Source: Ignavibacteriota bacterium
GTDB lineage: Bacteria; Bacteroidota; Ignavibacteria; UBA10030; CAVZMI01
Assembly (NCBI GenBank): GCA_963776275.1
Contig: CAVZMI010000018.1
Coordinates: forward strand, 32,001 to 96,000
Length of the DNA stretch: 64,000 nt
Direction of reading: 5' to 3'
How positions within the stretch are numbered: the first letter of the stretch is position 1; every line of letters starts with the position of its first letter. A program made the translations under genes and the position numbers. This document shows, piece by piece, positions 1 to 11,665 of this stretch. The notes beneath the pieces are model-generated. The model saw nothing but the letters and a program-made list of their open reading frames with translations. It was not told the origin of the DNA and made no database searches.

Positions 1-877
1 AATAGTAGATTCGTTACGCTCGGCCGGTGTGATTGATCACGGTTTATCACTGCTCATTGCCGGTCACCTTCTGGGGTGGGCCGAGACAATTCAAACGGGG
101 AAATATCTCTTCAGGAGCGGGGTCAGCACCATGGAAATTCTTACCGATCTCCACGAGGGGAGATCAAGACTCATTATTGACGTAACGATTCCCGAAGGCT
201 CGCGCACAACTTGTATCGCTGATATTTTCCAGAAACATCTCGGAATCAATCGTGAACGATTCCTGGCAGCCTGCACCGATACCGAGTTCATCCACTCTCT
301 CGGCATCAGCGCAAATACATTGGAAGGATACCTTTTTCCCGAAACCTATCGATTCTACTGGGAGGTTGATGAGCGCGAGATCATTACCCGGCTCGTCGAG
401 GAATTCAGGCAGTTCTATAATGACACGCTTCAAGAACGTGCCGCTGAATTGCATCGAACAATGAACGAGATTCTTACATTAGCCTCGATTGTCGAATGGG
501 AAGCCGTACTTGATGATGAACGTCCCATAATTGCCGGGTTGTACTATAATAGGCTGCGAAGGCATATGCGACTCGAAGCAGATCCGACAGTGCGATATCT
601 TCTCGATTCGGATCAACGGATATTGTATCGGGATCTGAGGATTGATTCTCCGTACAATACATACCGGAATTTCGGTTTACCGCCGGCACCAATCAACAAT
701 CCCGGTAGTAAATCTATTCTTGCTTCATTATACCCTTCAGAGCACAATTATATTTATTTTGTGGCCAACGGAGCACAAGGGCATGTGTTTTCCAAGAGTT
801 ATGCCGAACACCAGCGTGCTGTGCAGCGATATCACCGCTTCCGTTCGCAGTATAGAATATCAAGTCGTAGACAATGA
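1..877 (+). CDS. mltG: Endolytic transglycosylase MltG (YceG family), 5' end outside window
   Basis: Motifs VTIPEG, LEGYLFPETY, LASIVEWE, LEADPTVRY, SPYNTY, GLPPAPINNPG, YFVA; frame is open to the window edge. Confidence 0.92.
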   Translation, partial: IVDSLRSAGVIDHGLSLLIAGHLLGWAETIQTGKYLFRSGVSTMEILTDLHEGRSRLIIDVTIPEGSRTTCIADIFQKHLGINRERFLAACTDTEFIHSLGISANTLEGYLFPETYRFYWEVDEREIITRLVEEFRQFYNDTLQERAAELHRTMNEILTLASIVEWEAVLDDERPIIAGLYYNRLRRHMRLEADPTVRYLLDSDQRILYRDLRIDSPYNTYRNFGLPPAPINNPGSKSILASLYPSEHNYIYFVANGAQGHVFSKSYAEHQRAVQRYHRFRSQYRISSRRQ

Positions 878-916
878 TTGGTTATACGTAAATCGGAAGT
901 TGATTATTATTCCGGG

Positions 917-2607
917 ATGAGAATGAAATATATTCTGAATTTCGTGTCTATTCTCTGCCTGATTTTAATCGGGTGCGCCGGTATTGTCCCGCCTGCAGGG
1001 GGCCTCTGGATACAGTGCCACCGACGATTATCGGCACGTTTCCCACTCAGAACGCAACTTGCGTACGACCGGGGAAAATTACACTGGAGTTCAGTGAGTA
1101 TGTCGATCGAAACTCCGTTCAGGATGCAATCTTCATTTCCCCCTATGTCGGGTCGTTGGAATATTCATGGAGCGGTACGGAAGTCGACATCACGTTTTCT
1201 GATTCACTTCGTGCAAACACGACCTATGTTGTGACTGTCGGTACTGATGTGGTTGATCTCAATAATCAAAATCGGATGGCACAGGCATACACACTGGCTT
1301 TCTCTACGGGTGACAGCATCGACCATGGCATCATTGCCGGAAAAGTCGTTAATCCGAAGCCGGAGGGGATTCTCCTCTTCGCATATCGGCTCGATAGTAT
1401 TCAGATCGATACGCTCAATCCAATTCATACGCGTCCTGATTTTATCACACAGACGGGAAAGGGTGGCAACTTTTCACTCCAGAATATCCCCAATGGGTCC
1501 TATCGCCTGCTTGCGGTCCGCGATGAGATTAGAAATTACCTCTATGATCCGGGAATGGACGAATATGGTGTCCCATTTAAGGATATTCACCTTGATAAAC
1601 AGAATCGATTGATAGGTAATGTTCTTCTTCAGATGTCAAAAGAGGATACGACGCATCTTGGACTGATGTTTGCACAATCACGGGATAATCGCCATGTATC
1701 GCTTCGATTTAATAAAGCGCTTAATCGTTTCAGTGTCCATACCGGCGCTTTCGAAATTATCGATTCACTTTCAAATGAAATGGTGACCGTACGCGACTGG
1801 TTTTCGCAATCACAACAACTATCATCTCTTATCCTTGTCACCGATACCCTTCGTGCCGGGGCAAAGTACATGGTCGGAGTGTCGGCTCTCAGAGCAGAAG
1901 CGGGTGATTCACTTTTCGCCCCACAGAGGGACATCTTTTTTGAGGCATCTGCAGGACGGGACACTCTCCGGCCTCGAATCCAGCATTTCATGCCCGGCGA
2001 TAGCACACGTAATGTTCCATTTTCTCTATCGCTTGAACTGCAGTTTGATGATGCGGTGTTACGCGATTCGCTTGAAAAGGGATTCACGCTTCTGGATTCA
2101 AACAAGGTGCGGGTCGAAGGGGCTTTCGAATGGTTGCACGGCGCAACTGTGAGTTACAAACCTCTCCGGCCATTACGGAGTGCTGAATGGTACACCGCAG
2201 AACTTCGGGGGAAGTCGGTGATCGATTATGCAGGGAACGTCATGCGTGATTCCGTAGTAAGACACCGTTTCAGAACGGTCAACGCCTTACAGCTTTCGAG
2301 TATCTCTGGAGTCGTCGTCGATTCAACAAATGAAAAAGGAGACTTTGTAATCCTGGCGACGGAGGTGAGTGTATCCGTCGCGCCGACATATATGGCCGTC
2401 GCCGATGCGACAGGGGCATTCATTATCCAGAATCTTCCCGAAGGAAAATATCTCCTTCAAACATTCCGTGATCGCGAGGGCAAGCGAATATACTCGCCCG
2501 GGAAACCATACCCATACCAGCCGGCTGCCCGGTTTGCCGTGTATCCAGACACTGTGAAACTGCGTGCACGATGGCCGCTCGAAGGTATGAAAATTGAGTT
2601 GAAATAA
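917..2607 (+). CDS. Ig-like (Big_5/SbsA-type) domain lipoprotein; frameshift near 1000
   Basis: Lipobox LIGC followed by AGIVPPAGG|PLDTVPP, joined across a frameshift in the G/C run; beta-rich domains with ITLEFSEYV and LELQFDD. Confidence 0.7.
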
Positions 2608-2614
2608 AACCTCC

Positions 2615-3145
2615 TCATTTTATTTCAGGAGGAGGGAGTGGCTTCGATGGATTTTTCTGAACCCTGTCCTGTACGATCCACGATTGTACATACCCTTTAT
2701 CAAGCAGAATTTTCAGCGCTTGTGCCGCATTGCTGCGTTCCTGGTAGTCGCCTACACGAACCTTGTAATAGGGTGAGTCATAGAGCATATACACCATATC
2801 AATGGGAAAAAGGGAAGCGACCTCACTCTTAACTTTAGTGGCTTCATCAATGCTGTTTGAAAACATTACCTGGACGCGAAAGCCCGGCACAAGTTCCGCT
2901 GCCGAGTTTGCCGTTTGATCTGCCGTGTCCGATCCTTTGAAGGTGTATCGTTGTGACGATGACTCGACCTCGGCAATGGCGACATCATAACGTGACGGAC
3001 TAAAATCGCGTTCAAAAACATCGAGCGGCGCGCTTTTTTGAGTCTTTGGACGCTGTGCACGTTGCGGCGGCTCGGGGCTTGATGCAGCGCATCCGATGAG
3101 AAATGCACAGCACAGAAACGACAGAAATCGTGTATTGATATTCAT
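2615..3145 (-). CDS. SPOR domain lipoprotein
   Basis: Lipobox LIGC; C-terminal GFRVQV...PYYKVRVGDY...A...GY..SWIV SPOR signature. Confidence 0.82.
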   Translation of the reverse strand: MNINTRFLSFLCCAFLIGCAASSPEPPQRAQRPKTQKSAPLDVFERDFSPSRYDVAIAEVESSSQRYTFKGSDTADQTANSAAELVPGFRVQVMFSNSIDEATKVKSEVASLFPIDMVYMLYDSPYYKVRVGDYQERSNAAQALKILLDKGYVQSWIVQDRVQKNPSKPLPPPEIK

Positions 3146-3633
3146 CAGTTGGTCCTCAACGATTCGATTACCCATGCGTCGCGATACATTGTCGGATATC
3201 GCTGGCGGATATCGCGGGCTATTTCCGCAGCTTGTTCACGTGATATGAAAGTACCGATGGTAACCCGGTAAATATTAATACGGCGATCGTATTCAATATA
3301 CGTCGGCATTTTGAGGATTTCTTTTGTTTGTTCTTCCCAACGACGGGCATTAATTTCATTTCCGAATGCTCCGACCTGAATTGTGAAAACGGCAGAACTT
3401 GTCGTATCCTTCTGCTCAGCCTGCGCAGAAGGAGATGGAACGTTACGTGCCGTATCGACCTTTGCAGGAGGAACAACTTTCGCAACAACAGTATCGCGTT
3501 TTGTCACAAAGCGTTCGCGTCTAGCCCCCGGCGGAATGTAGAGATCGTCGGCGTTCGATTCTTCTGATGATCCACATCCCCAGAAAATCCCGAGGATTGC
3601 GGTCAGGGCGTACAATAGAACGGCATTTTTCAT
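3145..3633 (-). CDS. SPOR domain lipoprotein
   Basis: Lipobox FWGC; FTIQVGAF...YRVTIGTF...DAWV SPOR signature. Confidence 0.82.
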   Translation of the reverse strand: MKNAVLLYALTAILGIFWGCGSSEESNADDLYIPPGARRERFVTKRDTVVAKVVPPAKVDTARNVPSPSAQAEQKDTTSSAVFTIQVGAFGNEINARRWEEQTKEILKMPTYIEYDRRINIYRVTIGTFISREQAAEIARDIRQRYPTMYRDAWVIESLRTN

Positions 3634-3667
3634 CGCTGGCTCCTTTACATTCGTGTGATCGATTTTC

Positions 3668-6409
3668 CTACCGGCTGCCGAGCAGCTCTGTAAGATTTGC
3701 ATTTAATTTTTCAAGTGTTTGCCGGAAATTATGCTTTTTCTCATTTTCTTTTGCTATGATTTCGGTCGGTGCACGGTCGACAAAACTCTTATTTTGCAGT
3801 TTCTCGTCGGTCATTCGAAGCAGATTTTGCACCCGGGCAATTTCTTTTTCGAGGCGATTCATTTCAACGTTGATATCGATAATCCCTTTCAACGGCAGAA
3901 AGATTTCACAACCCGCAACCACAGCTGTTGCTGCGTACGAAGGCTTGGGTACATCCGGCCCTACCGTCAGCGAAGTAACCTTTGTGAGCCGGCGGAAATA
4001 ATCCTCATTGTTTTTCAGGATATCGATCTTCTCGGCTTCACTGCATTTTATCACGACATCAATCGTGCGAGCCGGTGGAATATTCATCTCGCCGCGGATA
4101 TTCCGTAGAGCACCGATTACATCCTGAATGAACGTCATTTCTCTTGATGATCGCTCATCGATCCACCTGTCGTCATGCTCCGGCCAGGTCTGCCTCATGA
4201 TACTGTCGCCTTTTATCCGCTGATGAAGAGCGTGCCAGAGCCCCTCGGTCAGGAACGGCATAAAAGGATGGAGAAGCTTGAGTGTTTGTCCATAAATCCA
4301 TAATACACGCGAAAGCACCGCTTTTTTTACTGCCGGATCCCCGCTTTCGTACAGGCGCGACTTAATGAGTTCCACATACCAATCGCAGAAATCATGCCAT
4401 AGAAAATCATATATATTCTTTGCGCTCTCGTTGAGGCTGAATCCGTCGAGAGCGAGTGTCATGGTAAGAACGGTCTGATGATACCGGCTCAGGATCCATC
4501 GATCGGCAAGGTCGAGCTCACGTGTGATCGATGACGGATCATTCTCCGGAATTTCTTCGCGACCGAACTGTTCGACATTCATCAGGAGGAAGCGTCCGGC
4601 GTTCCAGATTTTATTGGCAAAATTCCGGCCGATCTCGCACTTTTCGTTCGAGTAAAGTACATCCTGTCCCAGCGGTGCAAGATAGATGATGGTAAACCGT
4701 AATGCATCGGCACCGTACTCCTGGATGACGTCCAGAGGATCGGGTGAGTTGCCGAGGGATTTTGACATTTTTCTCCCTTTCACGTCACGGATGATGCTCG
4801 TGAAATAAACATCGCTGAAGGGGATATCATCCATGAATTCGAGTCCTGCCATAATCATCCGTGCAACCCAGAAGAAAATAATATCCGGAGCTGTGACCAG
4901 AGTCGATGTCGGATAAAAATAGTCCAGGTCTTCACCCTTTTGCGGCCAGTTCAGGATCGAGAAGGGCCAGAGCCACGAAGAGAACCACGTGTCGAGAACA
5001 TCGTCGTCCTGTCGATAGGATACAGTCCCGCATTTCGGACAGGGGGTTGTGGGCATCGAGCGGGCAACGATCATATGCTGGCATCCTTCGCTTATGCAAT
5101 AGTACACCGGAATACGATGTCCCCACCAGAGTTGGCGTGAGATGCACCAATCGCGGATATTGGTCATCCAGTGTTCGTATACCTTAACCCACCGATCAGG
5201 GTAAAAACGAATCGTCCCATCCTGTACAACCTTCAACGCCTTTTCGGCGAGAGGTTTCATTTTCACGAACCACTGATCGGAAAGATATGGTTCGATCACC
5301 GTGTCGCATCGATAGCAATGGCCGATACTGTGGACATAATCCTCGGTTTTGAGAATGAGTCCTGCCGCTTCAAGATTCAGGAGGAGTTTTCTTCTACATT
5401 CATATCGATCGAGTTTTTGGTATCGTTGAGGAACCTGATCGTTCATTCGTCCTGCAGTATCCATGATCAGAATCATCGGGAGGTTGTGCCGGATACCCAT
5501 CGTGTAATCGTTCGGATCGTGGGCCGGAGTTACTTTAACCATTCCTGTTCCAAATTTCTGATCGACAAAATCGTCGGCTATGACATGTATGCATCGGTCG
5601 GTCATCGGTATGAGAACCTTCTTCCCGATATATTGGCTGTACCGTTCGTCGGACGGGTTGACTGCAATTGCAGTATCACCGAGCATTGTTTCGGGACGTG
5701 TTGTCGCAACAGTAATAAACTGCCGCGTCGACGGTGAACTGGTTGTTTCATCCCAGAACGGATATCGGATGTACCAGAGATGTCCTTGTGATTCGGAATA
5801 GTTAACTTCATCATCACTAAGTGCCGTGCGATCTTTCGGACACCAATTGACGATATACTTGCCGCGATAGATCAGATCTTTTTCGTACAGTCGGATGAAT
5901 ACTTCGACCACAGCATTCGAGAGCCCTTCATCCATTGTAAAGCGTTCACGGTTCCAATCACACGAAGTGCCGAGTTTTCTGAGCTGCTTGATGATGGTCC
6001 CACCGTACTGTTCTTTCCACTCCCAGACCCGTTTGAGAAATTTTTCTCTGCCAATATCGCGTCGATTCTGACCTTCCTTAACTAGTTGCTTCTCGACGAC
6101 ATGCTGCGTCGCAATACCGGCATGGTCGGTTCCAGGAATCCAGCAAGCTTCGAATCCCTGCATGCGTTTCCATCGAATAATAATATCCTGAATTGTATTA
6201 TTCAGGACATGTCCCATGGTAAGGCTGCCGGTAATATTTGGAGGAGGAATGACGATGGTGTAAGGTTTCTTCTGCGGATTCACACGTGCATGAAAAAGAT
6301 CATACTCTTCCCAGTATGCATACCATTTATCTTCAACATCGCGGGGCGAATATGCTTTTGCGATGGCGTTCGTCGATAATTCTTCGTTCTCGTTAAGTTG
6401 TGCTGACAT
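3668..6409 (-). CDS. valS: Valine--tRNA ligase
   Basis: PPPNITGSLTMGH (HIGH-like), DHAGIATQ, DWCISRQLWWGHRIP, KMSKS, C-terminal coiled coil. Confidence 0.98.
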   Translation of the reverse strand: MSAQLNENEELSTNAIAKAYSPRDVEDKWYAYWEEYDLFHARVNPQKKPYTIVIPPPNITGSLTMGHVLNNTIQDIIIRWKRMQGFEACWIPGTDHAGIATQHVVEKQLVKEGQNRRDIGREKFLKRVWEWKEQYGGTIIKQLRKLGTSCDWNRERFTMDEGLSNAVVEVFIRLYEKDLIYRGKYIVNWCPKDRTALSDDEVNYSESQGHLWYIRYPFWDETTSSPSTRQFITVATTRPETMLGDTAIAVNPSDERYSQYIGKKVLIPMTDRCIHVIADDFVDQKFGTGMVKVTPAHDPNDYTMGIRHNLPMILIMDTAGRMNDQVPQRYQKLDRYECRRKLLLNLEAAGLILKTEDYVHSIGHCYRCDTVIEPYLSDQWFVKMKPLAEKALKVVQDGTIRFYPDRWVKVYEHWMTNIRDWCISRQLWWGHRIPVYYCISEGCQHMIVARSMPTTPCPKCGTVSYRQDDDVLDTWFSSWLWPFSILNWPQKGEDLDYFYPTSTLVTAPDIIFFWVARMIMAGLEFMDDIPFSDVYFTSIIRDVKGRKMSKSLGNSPDPLDVIQEYGADALRFTIIYLAPLGQDVLYSNEKCEIGRNFANKIWNAGRFLLMNVEQFGREEIPENDPSSITRELDLADRWILSRYHQTVLTMTLALDGFSLNESAKNIYDFLWHDFCDWYVELIKSRLYESGDPAVKKAVLSRVLWIYGQTLKLLHPFMPFLTEGLWHALHQRIKGDSIMRQTWPEHDDRWIDERSSREMTFIQDVIGALRNIRGEMNIPPARTIDVVIKCSEAEKIDILKNNEDYFRRLTKVTSLTVGPDVPKPSYAATAVVAGCEIFLPLKGIIDINVEMNRLEKEIARVQNLLRMTDEKLQNKSFVDRAPTEIIAKENEKKHNFRQTLEKLNANLTELLGSR

Positions 6410-6435
6410 AATGTCGTGAAAAAATATTGTGAGTC

Positions 6436-7092
6436 CTATTGAACGTTGACTGATAATAAACCTATCGATTCAATATCTGCATGAATGACGTCACCGTGTG
6501 TGACGGTGCCAACACCCTCTGGTGTGCCGGTGTATATGAGATCACCACGTTCGAGTGTAAAAATTGAAGAGAGATATGAGATGACCTCATCAATGGAGAA
6601 AATCATATCGCGCGTATTCGCTCGCTGCCGTTCCTTTCCGTTGACGGTAAGTCGTATGGTCAATGAATGCGGATCGGGGATCGACATTCGTGGGACAAAT
6701 TCTGAAAGCGGAGCCGAGGTATCGAATCCTTTAGCCACAGCCCAGGGCTCTCCTGCGCTTCTCGCTTCCCTCTGGATATCTCTCAGCGTCATATCTAGTC
6801 CGATCCCGTACCCTTCAATATAGTCATATGCTATTTCACGTGTAATATTTTTTCCATTTTTTCCGATGAGAACGACCAGTTCCACCTCATAATGTACCTC
6901 GTGTGAAATCGGAGGAATCACAACGCTCTCCCCCTCGCTGATAATTGCACTTGAAGGTTTCAAGAAAACGATGGGTTTTATCGGGATATTAGAATTCATC
7001 TCCTTGGCGTGGGCAGCATAATTTTGCCCCAGACAAAGGATTTTTCCCACGGATATAGGTTCCTTGGAACCGCGCAGGCGGACGTAATGCAT
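6436..7092 (-). CDS. Fumarylacetoacetate hydrolase family protein
   Basis: GQNYAAHAKE, VFLKPSS, HYEVEL, DMTLRD, KGFDT, GDLIYTGTPEGVG. Confidence 0.93.
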   Translation of the reverse strand: MHYVRLRGSKEPISVGKILCLGQNYAAHAKEMNSNIPIKPIVFLKPSSAIISEGESVVIPPISHEVHYEVELVVLIGKNGKNITREIAYDYIEGYGIGLDMTLRDIQREARSAGEPWAVAKGFDTSAPLSEFVPRMSIPDPHSLTIRLTVNGKERQRANTRDMIFSIDEVISYLSSIFTLERGDLIYTGTPEGVGTVTHGDVIHADIESIGLLSVNVQ

Positions 7093-7317
7093 AGAAGCTT
7101 TCCTTAATAAAAAAGAATAAAATAATATAGAAATATAAGGTTATTTTATCAATAAGTACTTGAAACTTCGTTATATAGCCATATGTTGTTTTTTACAGAT
7201 AATTCGCCACTTAAAAAAAAGTGATGTGACCTATTGCATTTCCTTCAAAAAAAATTTTAATTTGGAAGGGGAGATGTATACTTTACCTCTTTCATGAAAC
7301 GGTGCAAGGGGAATCAT

Positions 7318-8323
7318 TTGAGAACAACATATAAAGAGGCGGGAGTAGATATTGCAGCGGGGGAGGAAGTCGTTAAGAGAATAAAAAGAAGCGTCCGGTC
7401 AACGTTCACAAGAAATGTGTTGACCGATATAGGTTTGTTTGGAGCTTTTTTCGACGCAAAGTTTAAAGGCTATACGCATCCGGTTCTTGTCTCCAGTGTC
7501 GACGGCGTTGGTACAAAATTAAAAGTAGCATTTATGGCCAACAGACACGACACGGTCGGTCAGGATCTGGTAAATCATTGTGTGAATGATATTCTCGTCT
7601 GTGGAGCGACGCCTCTGTATTTCATGGATTACTTCGCGACGGGAAAGTTAAAACCGGAAATCACCGAGAAAGTATTGAGCGGATTTATCCGGGCCTGTCG
7701 GGAGAATGGCTGCTCTCTTATCGGCGGCGAAACAGCTGAGATGCCCGGCTTCTACTCTGCGGTTGAATATGATATCGCTGGAATGATTGTCGGCGTTGTC
7801 GAGAAGAAGCGCATTATAAAAGGAGAACATGTGAAGAAGGGAGATGTGCTCATCGGACTCCCTTCGAACGGTTTACATACAAACGGATATTCTCTTGCCC
7901 GGAGCGTGCTCTTTGAAAAATATGATGTCGATTCATATGTCGATGAACTCGGTGCAACGGTCGGTGAGGTATTACTTGCCGGTCCATCGGTCGTACCTGC
8001 GTCCGGTCAGAAAAGTGTTCGAGCGATATCCGGTACAGGCGTTATCTCATATCACTGGTGGCGGAATTATCGGCAACACCTCACGGGTGATACCACGAGC
8101 GCTGACGCTTTCGATCGATTGGGATGCCTGGAAGAGACCCCCGATATTTACTCTGATACAACGGCAGGGTGAAGTACCGGAAGATGATATGCGGAAGACG
8201 TTCAACCTTGGAATTGGATTGGTGGTGATTGTACGAAAGGCCATTGTTGATGAAGTGCTCCGGTTGTTTCATCGTTGTCACGAACACCCGGTTGTTATAG
8301 GAGAAGTAGTGCAGCAAAAATAA
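7318..8323 (+). CDS. purM: Phosphoribosylformylglycinamidine cyclo-ligase; frameshift near 7980
   Basis: [30 protein letters not shown], then HITGGG and TFNLGIG in another frame; probable TTG start after an SD-like AAGGGGA. Confidence 0.93.
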
Positions 8324-8536
8324 ATTGTAACGGCTGTATGATTTTTGATCATTGTCTGCTGTTACAGTACCTTATGGATTATATTATGTCAATGTTAGTG
8401 ATTGCTTAGGTAAGATATTGTAGCTTGTTGTAAAATAAAAGAAATTCTCTCTGTCACGGGGCATCCCTAAGTTGCATATAGGGGAGTGCACCGGTCGCGC
8501 TCACCAAAATTCAAGCGAGGAACCTTGGGAAAATTT

Positions 8537-10336
8537 ATGGGTTTAGAATGGCAGCTTCCTGACCACCTCGAGCTATCGCCGGAGGAAATGCGCGCCAGGA
8601 TTATCGAAGCTCAGGGTTTCTCGGCGAGAGTCGGGACTCTCAGTGAAATCGCCCTCGAGATAGATGCTGCCGATTCTAAAGAAAGTATGCTGCGCGTTTT
8701 ACGCGAAGATGCGAAGTGGCTTATCGATCACGAATGCTGTTTTCTCTGCCTGGTTAATACAAACAGAACACATTATACGGTCAACACGCTTTCAGCGATT
8801 GCTGATTCGCTCGAGCTGAATCACAAGGTGTTTTCGCTTGAAATCGGAATGCCCGGGTGGGTTATAGCCAATCAAACCCCGATCATCGTCGATATCGAGT
8901 CAAGTCCTGCTTTCACACCTTCACTTGAAGGAAAGCTTGTCGCTGCTGGAATTAAGAGTCTCCTTATTGTACCTATGAAAACCGGCAGGGAGACCATTGG
9001 TTCCATCTGCTTTGGATCGGCCCGTCAGAATGCATACCTCGAACCCGATCTGTGGATCGCACAGCTTCTGAGTCTTCAGGCCGCGGTGTCTCTAGAAAAT
9101 CTCATGAAGATCGATCGTGCGAAGAAACGAATCTCACAGATCGAGCTGGTCAATAAAGTCGCGGCGTCACTTACTGCCACGCTCGAACTGGATGAGATGC
9201 TCACTTCGGCTGCTACGATTATACAAAAAAGCTTCAGTTATTTCGACGTTTCCATCTTTCTCCTGAACAGCGATGCCAATGAACTTGAACTCATTGCACA
9301 TGCCGGCAACTTCATCGATTTTCTCCCGCATGGGTTTCGTCAAAAAATAACGCAGGGAATCATCGGCTGGGTCGCTCAGCATGGAGAGCGTATTCTTGCG
9401 AACGATACATCGCAGGAACCCCGCTATCTTGCCTTTGGATATCACAACACAAATTCCGAGCTGGCTCTGCCGATAAAAATGAACGATGCTATCGTCGGCG
9501 TCCTTAATGTCGAGGATGTAAAGCTTCATGCATTCGATGAAACCGATGCAATCGTTCTCCAGAACCTCTGCGACCAGATCGCCAGCGTCATTCGCAATGC
9601 ACGCCTGTTCGAAGAGGTTCGCAAGGTCAACACGCGGCTGACGGAGATGGATAAGTTAAAATCGGAATTTGTCGGCATCGTTTCCCACGATTTCCGGACA
9701 CCACTGTCGAGCATCATGCTCGCGGCGCGTTCGCTCATCAAACGAGAGCCGTTTACGACAAATGAAAACCTTAAAGAATATCTCTCCATAATCATAGACC
9801 AGACCCAGAAGCTCAGTCAACTCGCCGAGGATACACTCTCGATAACGAAGATCGAATCGGGACAGCTCAGCTATTACTTCAAGATTGTAAATGTCGAACG
9901 GCTTATTAAAGATGCAATATCGCTAGTGCGGTTTTCACCACGCCACAACATCGAAATCGCCATCGACCCCAATGTACCGTATGTCAAAGGGGATCAAAAT
10001 AAGCTGCGGCAGGTGGTGCAAAATCTTATTTCCAATGCGGTGAAATACTCGCCAAGGGGAGGAAAGGTGACCGTCCGTGTCGAAGATCAATCGGACGAGC
10101 ATGTGCTATTCTCGATTGGCGACGAAGGGATTGGAATTGCACCAGAGAACATCGATAGACTCTTTAAGAAGTTCTCACGGATCGAAACGGCCGAGACCAG
10201 CGATATTAAAGGATCAGGACTGGGGCTCTGGATTTGCCATGAAATCGTCCGTGCCCACGGCGGCCGCATCTGGGTTGATAGTAAACCGGCCAAGGGAAGT
10301 ATTTTCTGCTTCACTCTTAAGAAGGCGGGAAACTAA
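8537..10336 (+). CDS. Soluble two-GAF sensor histidine kinase
   Basis: Two GAF-like regions; H-box SHDFRTPL; N box NLISNAVKYS; DEGIGI; GSGLGL. Confidence 0.9.
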   Translation: MGLEWQLPDHLELSPEEMRARIIEAQGFSARVGTLSEIALEIDAADSKESMLRVLREDAKWLIDHECCFLCLVNTNRTHYTVNTLSAIADSLELNHKVFSLEIGMPGWVIANQTPIIVDIESSPAFTPSLEGKLVAAGIKSLLIVPMKTGRETIGSICFGSARQNAYLEPDLWIAQLLSLQAAVSLENLMKIDRAKKRISQIELVNKVAASLTATLELDEMLTSAATIIQKSFSYFDVSIFLLNSDANELELIAHAGNFIDFLPHGFRQKITQGIIGWVAQHGERILANDTSQEPRYLAFGYHNTNSELALPIKMNDAIVGVLNVEDVKLHAFDETDAIVLQNLCDQIASVIRNARLFEEVRKVNTRLTEMDKLKSEFVGIVSHDFRTPLSSIMLAARSLIKREPFTTNENLKEYLSIIIDQTQKLSQLAEDTLSITKIESGQLSYYFKIVNVERLIKDAISLVRFSPRHNIEIAIDPNVPYVKGDQNKLRQVVQNLISNAVKYSPRGGKVTVRVEDQSDEHVLFSIGDEGIGIAPENIDRLFKKFSRIETAETSDIKGSGLGLWICHEIVRAHGGRIWVDSKPAKGSIFCFTLKKAGN

Positions 10337-10536
10337 AACATAGTCTTTCTGTCCCACATTATTTTTCTACGTTATACCCCCCACAACAAATTACTGAATT
10401 AGTCATTCTCGACCTTTTCCATGTGTATTGCACAACAACTGTTTTAATGCTTGATTTTCATAATTGCGATAAAGAATAAATATCTACGAAATATATAAAT
10501 TATCGCGTAATAAATTTTTATAAATCCCTTTCCGAT

Positions 10537-10866
10537 CTACTTTGACCCTACTCGCAGGCTATCGAGTTCTTGACCCGCCATCCGAAGTATTTCTTTCCAC
10601 TCCTCCGGTGTATTATGATAGAAAGATACCAGATCGCGAAAATCTTTCTCTGTTATCCCCCAGGCTGTAAAGAGCGAATCTATCTTTTGCCGCCTTATAT
10701 GAGCCAGAGAATCTGTGGTGGCGGGATATGTTACGGAGGTAAGCATTAAATGGGCGTAAAGTCTCGAAAAAGCCTCCTTGCTCATTTTTTCAGGCGGGTT
10801 TTTCTTGCATGAGGTGAATCCTATGCAAATAACGATTATGATGAGAATGGAAATACTGATTTTCAT
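10537..10866 (-). CDS. Small lipoprotein (DUF4296-like)
   Basis: Lipobox FTSC; helical ...GITEKDF...FYHNTPEEWKEI pattern. Confidence 0.6.
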   Translation of the reverse strand: MKISISILIIIVICIGFTSCKKNPPEKMSKEAFSRLYAHLMLTSVTYPATTDSLAHIRRQKIDSLFTAWGITEKDFRDLVSFYHNTPEEWKEILRMAGQELDSLRVGSK

Positions 10867-10957
10867 AAATTATGCAATTTTGATCAATTTTTAATGAAAA
10901 TATGGATAAAAATGACTAGAATCAACTAAAAAATACCATTTTTTGAAAAACTTTCTC

Positions 10958-10986
10958 TTGACTTTCGATACCGTTCTAAGTATATT
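10958..10986 (+). promoter_or_regulatory. sigma70 promoter of the efp-acc-gcv operon
   Basis: TTGACT-N17-TATATT about 75 bp upstream of efp. Confidence 0.6.
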
Positions 10987-11061
10987 TTTAGCCCAACTTT
11001 GAGCTATCCAAATATCTGTCTTTTTTCCCTTAAATACGAGATAGAAATATTCTGAGGAGCC

Positions 11062-11628
11062 ATGGCAACAACATCCGATTTTCATTCAGGCATGACAATT
11101 CGCTATAAAAATGATCTGTTCACCGTCGTTGAATTCCAACATGTAAACCCGGGTAACTGGCGGGCGTTCGTACGGGTGAAGCTTAAAAACCTTAAATCCG
11201 GGAAGGTTTTTGAAGACCGTCTGCGCGCCGGTGAAACCATTGATGAAGTTCGTGTAGAACGAAAAGAATATCAATATCTGTATCATGACGGACAGGTATT
11301 ACAGTTTATGGATAAGGAAACTTATGATCAGATACCGGTTGAAGAAAAGATCATCGGTGAAGGGGCAAAATTTTTAAAAGATGGCGAGACAATTGAGCTG
11401 CTGATGAATGGATCGGATATCGTCGGCGTCGAATTGCCTATCACAGTAGAACTCAAAGTCGTCGAAACTGTACCCGGTGTAAAAGGCGATTCGGCAACTG
11501 GTGGAACAAAACCGGCAAAGGTAGAAAGCGGTGCGACCGTGAATGTCCCTTTATTCATCAACGAAGGCGACATAATCAAAGTCGATACACGGTCCGGAAA
11601 TTATATTGAACGTGTGAAGGCTGCATAA
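11062..11628 (+). CDS. efp: Translation elongation factor P
   Basis: FQHVNPGNWRAFVRVKLKNL, YQYLY.DG, PGVKGD.A, KPA..E.G, VPLFINEGD, VDTRSG.YIER; SD GAGGAG. Confidence 0.96.
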   Translation: MATTSDFHSGMTIRYKNDLFTVVEFQHVNPGNWRAFVRVKLKNLKSGKVFEDRLRAGETIDEVRVERKEYQYLYHDGQVLQFMDKETYDQIPVEEKIIGEGAKFLKDGETIELLMNGSDIVGVELPITVELKVVETVPGVKGDSATGGTKPAKVESGATVNVPLFINEGDIIKVDTRSGNYIERVKAA

Positions 11629-11665
11629 TAATTTAACTGCAGTGTAACCACCATCAGGAGTTGGA

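Noticed and set aside
7318-8323. purM pseudogene
   Set aside because: Single indel near 7980, both halves conserved, and purD and guaB are intact; likely an artefact.
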